Assembly: GCF_947331815.1 (NCBI RefSeq) | Contig: NZ_OX373462.1 | Span: 2,337,362 to 2,369,361 of the forward strand | DNA: 32,000 nucleotides | Reading direction: 5' to 3' | Origin: Cyanobacterium sp. uoEpiScrs1 | GTDB lineage: Bacteria > Cyanobacteriota > Cyanobacteriia > Cyanobacteriales > Microcystaceae | Shown: positions 28,982-32,000 of the stretch, piece by piece | Layout: the number at the start of each line of letters is the position of its first letter | Numbering within the stretch: the first letter of the stretch is position 1 | Notes under the pieces: generated by a model | The model's input: the letters and a program-made list of their open reading frames with translations, nothing else | Told to the model about the DNA's origin: nothing | Database searches by the model: none | Position numbers and translations under genes: made by a program

Positions 28982-29597
28982 AAATCTAATAAATATTAAA
29001 GATTTATGGTTTAAATAACAAATATAACGGAGAAGTAAAACAATAATACTTAACTTAACATATCAAACCTAATTAATAATAGAATTTCTGGCTAAGTATT
29101 CAGTAATTCTGCGGACCTTTACTATTTTTTTCTAACTGTATCAGTAGCTATAATAAATATTAGTTTTAAACGATAAACTAATTAATTTATTTAGTATTAT
29201 TTCAAGAACATGAATGAGCAACAGTCTATCATATTGCCTCATTGTGACTAAAATGCAGAAATCATACAAGATCTTCAGGGGGAAGAGCTCCCGTATATCT
29301 TTCATAAATCTAATACGACATAGACTCTTTACTGAGTAAGTTTAACTAATCAGCTGGTACAGCAAAATCTTTTGTAAATTGCTGATCAGGAACTCTAGTT
29401 AAATCCGACTAACATTAGTAACCCTTTGACTAAACCTTATCTATAGAAAACTTAATTGCTCCTAATTAGATTCAGGGCTTCCAAAAACCGTCTAACATAG
29501 GCTATCAAAACAACTAACGATAACGAGAAATTACCATACTAAATTGCGCAGCAGTCTCATAACCTAGAAGTTAACAATACTGGGGCATACAAAAGAT

Positions 29598-29909
29598 TTA
29601 CTCTTGATTTGATTCAGGAGAATGGGGATGAATTTGTTCCTCGTTAGGACATTCATCAGCAATGAGAAGTTCAGAATTATATCTTGAAACAGAAGCTAGT
29701 TTTTGACTCAGAGAACCGATACTTTCGAGTCTGATCATCTCCTCCCAGGAGCTAATTTCGTCATCTTCTTCGATTTCGTAACGAATTGTAACTAAATCTC
29801 CTTCTAGGGAAACGATGGTAGCTTCTTCAATCCAACGTTGTTGATCCCGCAAGAAAAGACAGACTTCACGACCCTCTGTACAGATTTGATAAATCTTGCG
29901 ATGTAGCAT
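29598..29909 (-). CDS. Hypothetical protein (103 aa), acidic
   Basis: Strong AAGGAG 6 nt upstream of the ATG. The composition is coding-like. Family not recognised. Confidence 0.55.
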   Translation of the reverse strand: MLHRKIYQICTEGREVCLFLRDQQRWIEEATIVSLEGDLVTIRYEIEEDDEISSWEEMIRLESIGSLSQKLASVSRYNSELLIADECPNEEQIHPHSPESNQE

Positions 29910-30267
29910 AGGTCTCTCCTTAGCAGGTAATACATTTCAACATACCAACATAATGCCATTCTAACAATAACATATTGACCTCCATTCTTGAGAAGAGAAA
30001 ATTTTTCGGCATAACTAAATAGTCCATATGAATAACCTCCGCAGATACTCCAAGTCATCACAAACAGCCAAGATACCGATATAATCTTTTATTATCTTTG
30101 GATAGTATCATTCCCTTTAAATTCATCGCTGAGGAAAATTTACAGTATAAATAATGTTTTATTTCACAGTACTTTTCTCAGTTGAGTTCAGTGAGAATAG
30201 GAATGGAAAACCTAAAATTGTAGTACATAATTTCTCAAATATTGAGCATACACAATACAACAAGTAA

Positions 30268-30308
30268 AGGGCAGTTTTGAAGGATAACTTTACCTCTAAA
30301 CTTGCCCT
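30268..30308 (-). terminator. Candidate Rho-independent terminator of zwf-opcA
   Basis: agggca(a)gttt ... aaac tgccct gives 10 bp with a 1-nt bulge. On the minus strand it starts 24 nt after the opcA stop and is followed by tttacttgttgtattg. Confidence 0.45.
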
Positions 30309-30332
30309 GAAACACTAAAAACAAATCAATAC

Positions 30333-31703
30333 TTAAGATTGATTCGCTAACTTAAGAATTTGATCTACAATTTCCACACTTTCTTTATACAGGATATCTT
30401 GCCCCCACCGTTGCAATTGCTTACTTAACAGTTGGTCAGTTTTTTGATCTGCCAAGGAAGTCACCTGTTCAATACGACAAGCCTGCGCGCCGCCAGAAGC
30501 TTCCATCCGCATACATCCAGTAGTTCCTGAACATAAAACAGTACAACAGTCCGCTTCGAGATTAGTTGAACTTAACTTAAGACTAATTAAGTCTCCTAAA
30601 ACTTCACCCCAATCTGTCAAAGGAACCCCGGTTAATTCTGCATTAATGGATTTATTTTCACCATTGACAAACTGAATCCGTCGAATATCGTATTCCCCAC
30701 TTACACACTCATAATCTACAGGTCTCCATTGTAAACGACCTGCGATCCATCCAAGGAACATTAATGCTTGGGACGGATTTCCCTTCTCATAATCAATAGT
30801 TACTCGATCAATTTCTTGGACAGCATCACGACGTTCTGGGGGATCGAATGCAGCAGCGGTTAATTCCTGCCAAGCCCCTAAACGTGACCAGTTTAAATCA
30901 GCTAAAGAAACATCATCGGCTAACATTTGAATGGTACGAGATAAATCTTCTTCAGGATTGCTAAAGATACTAGAATCGACAATCAAGGTATCCCCATGAG
31001 ACACTAGACGTTTGAACAAACCATATTCAGGATCAGGCTCAGCTTTCCACCATATGAAGGTAGATAGTCCATTAATGGTTAAATCAGAGATGATTCCTCC
31101 GATTCTTTCTAATGCTTCCGCGCTTCCGTGCAGGGTAATGTACTCACAACAAATTAGTGTATCTTGACTACGTTTATTGACTGGACAATAGGCGGAAACC
31201 TGGGCCTTGACTCCGTTATCTTCCCCAACAGTAGGACAAAGGGTGATTATTCGACAAGGATTTGCTGAGGCGATAGTATCGGCAATCCCTGTCCCTTCTA
31301 AGTCAGGAGTGTACTGTTGAGAAGCTCGTTGCTGTACATCGGTCAATTTTCCTTCAGCTTTAGCCTTTCCTAGTTCTTCTTTTAACTTATCGAGTAAGAT
31401 CCGATTAGATTTTCCTGTTACCTTTATATCGTAAGCCTTCTGGGCTGATTTAATCGCGGCGATGGTCCGAGGTCCGGCGATGCCATCGACTGGACCGGTA
31501 TAAAAGCCTAGAGTGGCTAACAAATGTTGGGTAGGTTCAGGTTCATAAACCACAAAGGTAAAAGTGGCTGCCCTGGTAGCAGATATCCCGTCTTCATTGT
31601 TACCGTAACTTTGCCAGATATTGGCTAGTTCAGCCTCAATGACATCAATAGAAACATCTTTTGGGTCTTGTAAGGAAACTAGAGGGGGAGTTTGGGTAGT
31701 CAT
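30333..31703 (-). CDS. opcA: Glucose-6-phosphate dehydrogenase assembly/activator protein OpcA
   Basis: N-terminus PLVSLQDPKDVSIDVIEAELANIW and ATRAATFTFVVYEPE. The gene is 46 bp downstream of zwf on the same strand. Confidence 0.9.
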   Translation of the reverse strand: MTTQTPPLVSLQDPKDVSIDVIEAELANIWQSYGNNEDGISATRAATFTFVVYEPEPTQHLLATLGFYTGPVDGIAGPRTIAAIKSAQKAYDIKVTGKSNRILLDKLKEELGKAKAEGKLTDVQQRASQQYTPDLEGTGIADTIASANPCRIITLCPTVGEDNGVKAQVSAYCPVNKRSQDTLICCEYITLHGSAEALERIGGIISDLTINGLSTFIWWKAEPDPEYGLFKRLVSHGDTLIVDSSIFSNPEEDLSRTIQMLADDVSLADLNWSRLGAWQELTAAAFDPPERRDAVQEIDRVTIDYEKGNPSQALMFLGWIAGRLQWRPVDYECVSGEYDIRRIQFVNGENKSINAELTGVPLTDWGEVLGDLISLKLSSTNLEADCCTVLCSGTTGCMRMEASGGAQACRIEQVTSLADQKTDQLLSKQLQRWGQDILYKESVEIVDQILKLANQS

Positions 31704-31749
31704 GGTGGATTCTTCATTTACATTCTACAATTAACAATTGTTTCCTCAA

Positions 31750-32000
31750 TTACAATCGTCGCCAACGCCGACCATCGCGGTTCAATAACAATTCAGCTTC
31801 TTCAGGTTCCCAGGTTCCGGCTTCATATTGGGGAACGGTAGATGGGTCAGCTTGTCCATCCCAAGCAGATAAAATAGGAGTGACAACACGCCAAGCTTCT
31901 TCTACTTCATCGGCACGAGTAAATAGAGTTTGATCTCCTAACATGGTATCGAGGAGGAGGCGATGGTAAGCATCGGCAGTTGCCATACCAAAAGAAGATC
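31750..32000 (-). CDS. zwf: Glucose-6-phosphate dehydrogenase, C-terminal part (gene continues beyond the window)
   Basis: [39 protein letters not shown]...[23 protein letters not shown] is the conserved G6PD C-terminus. The reading frame stays open to the window edge. Confidence 0.9.
   Translation of the reverse strand, partial: SSFGMATADAYHRLLLDTMLGDQTLFTRADEVEEAWRVVTPILSAWDGQADPSTVPQYEAGTWEPEEAELLLNRDGRRWRRL

Noticed and set aside
29804-30061. 85-aa ORF on the minus strand
   Set aside because: It overlaps the 5' end of the better-supported 29598-29909 gene, which has a strong AAGGAG RBS, in another frame. Its sequence is not protein-like.
1-32000. Search for CRISPR arrays, IS elements or transposases, integrases, phage genes, toxin-antitoxin pairs and rRNA
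   Set aside because: I saw no regularly spaced direct repeats. None of the ORFs has transposase, integrase, capsid or TA-like motifs. No rRNA-like conserved blocks were seen. The scan was by eye, so small or degenerate elements could have been missed.

Overview
Low-GC cyanobacterial chromosome segment. Gene content and protein sequences look Chroococcales-like (Crocosphaera/Cyanothece type), judged by eye from NusB, OpcA, YbeY and DUF1816/DUF502/DUF2079-type proteins. I support 27 protein-coding genes. Housekeeping genes: ybeY-dgkA-trpG, nusB, rlmB-like methyltransferase, DHH phosphoesterase, TldD/PmbA protease and a LysR regulator. Oxidative pentose phosphate genes: pgl, gntK, opcA and the 3' end of zwf. 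There is also an ABC-2 exporter pair, a three-gene DsrE/F/H-like cluster, a HerA-like ATPase, a DUF790 (Bax1-type) nuclease and several conserved hypothetical membrane proteins. By eye I found no rRNA, tRNA, CRISPR array, transposase or phage gene. The most unusual property is architectural. Only about 64% of the window is coding, and about 10 kb lies in twelve ORF-free spacers of 0.4-1.5 kb with roughly 20-25% G+C. This suggests gene decay in a reductive, possibly endosymbiotic, cyanobacterial genome. HerA and the DUF790 nuclease each sit beside such a spacer, at the position where I would expect a partner gene (recollection, not checked). The spacers contain a few near-perfect hairpins and palindromes and several short perfect tandem duplications. 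I cannot demonstrate a clear-cut novel multi-gene system from sequence alone. The best candidates for follow-up are the DsrEFH-like trio with its internal 19-bp hairpin, the orphan Bax1-like nuclease, the HerA-like ATPase and the GC-rich leader of the ABC exporter operon. All family assignments rest on motif recognition by eye, not on database searches.
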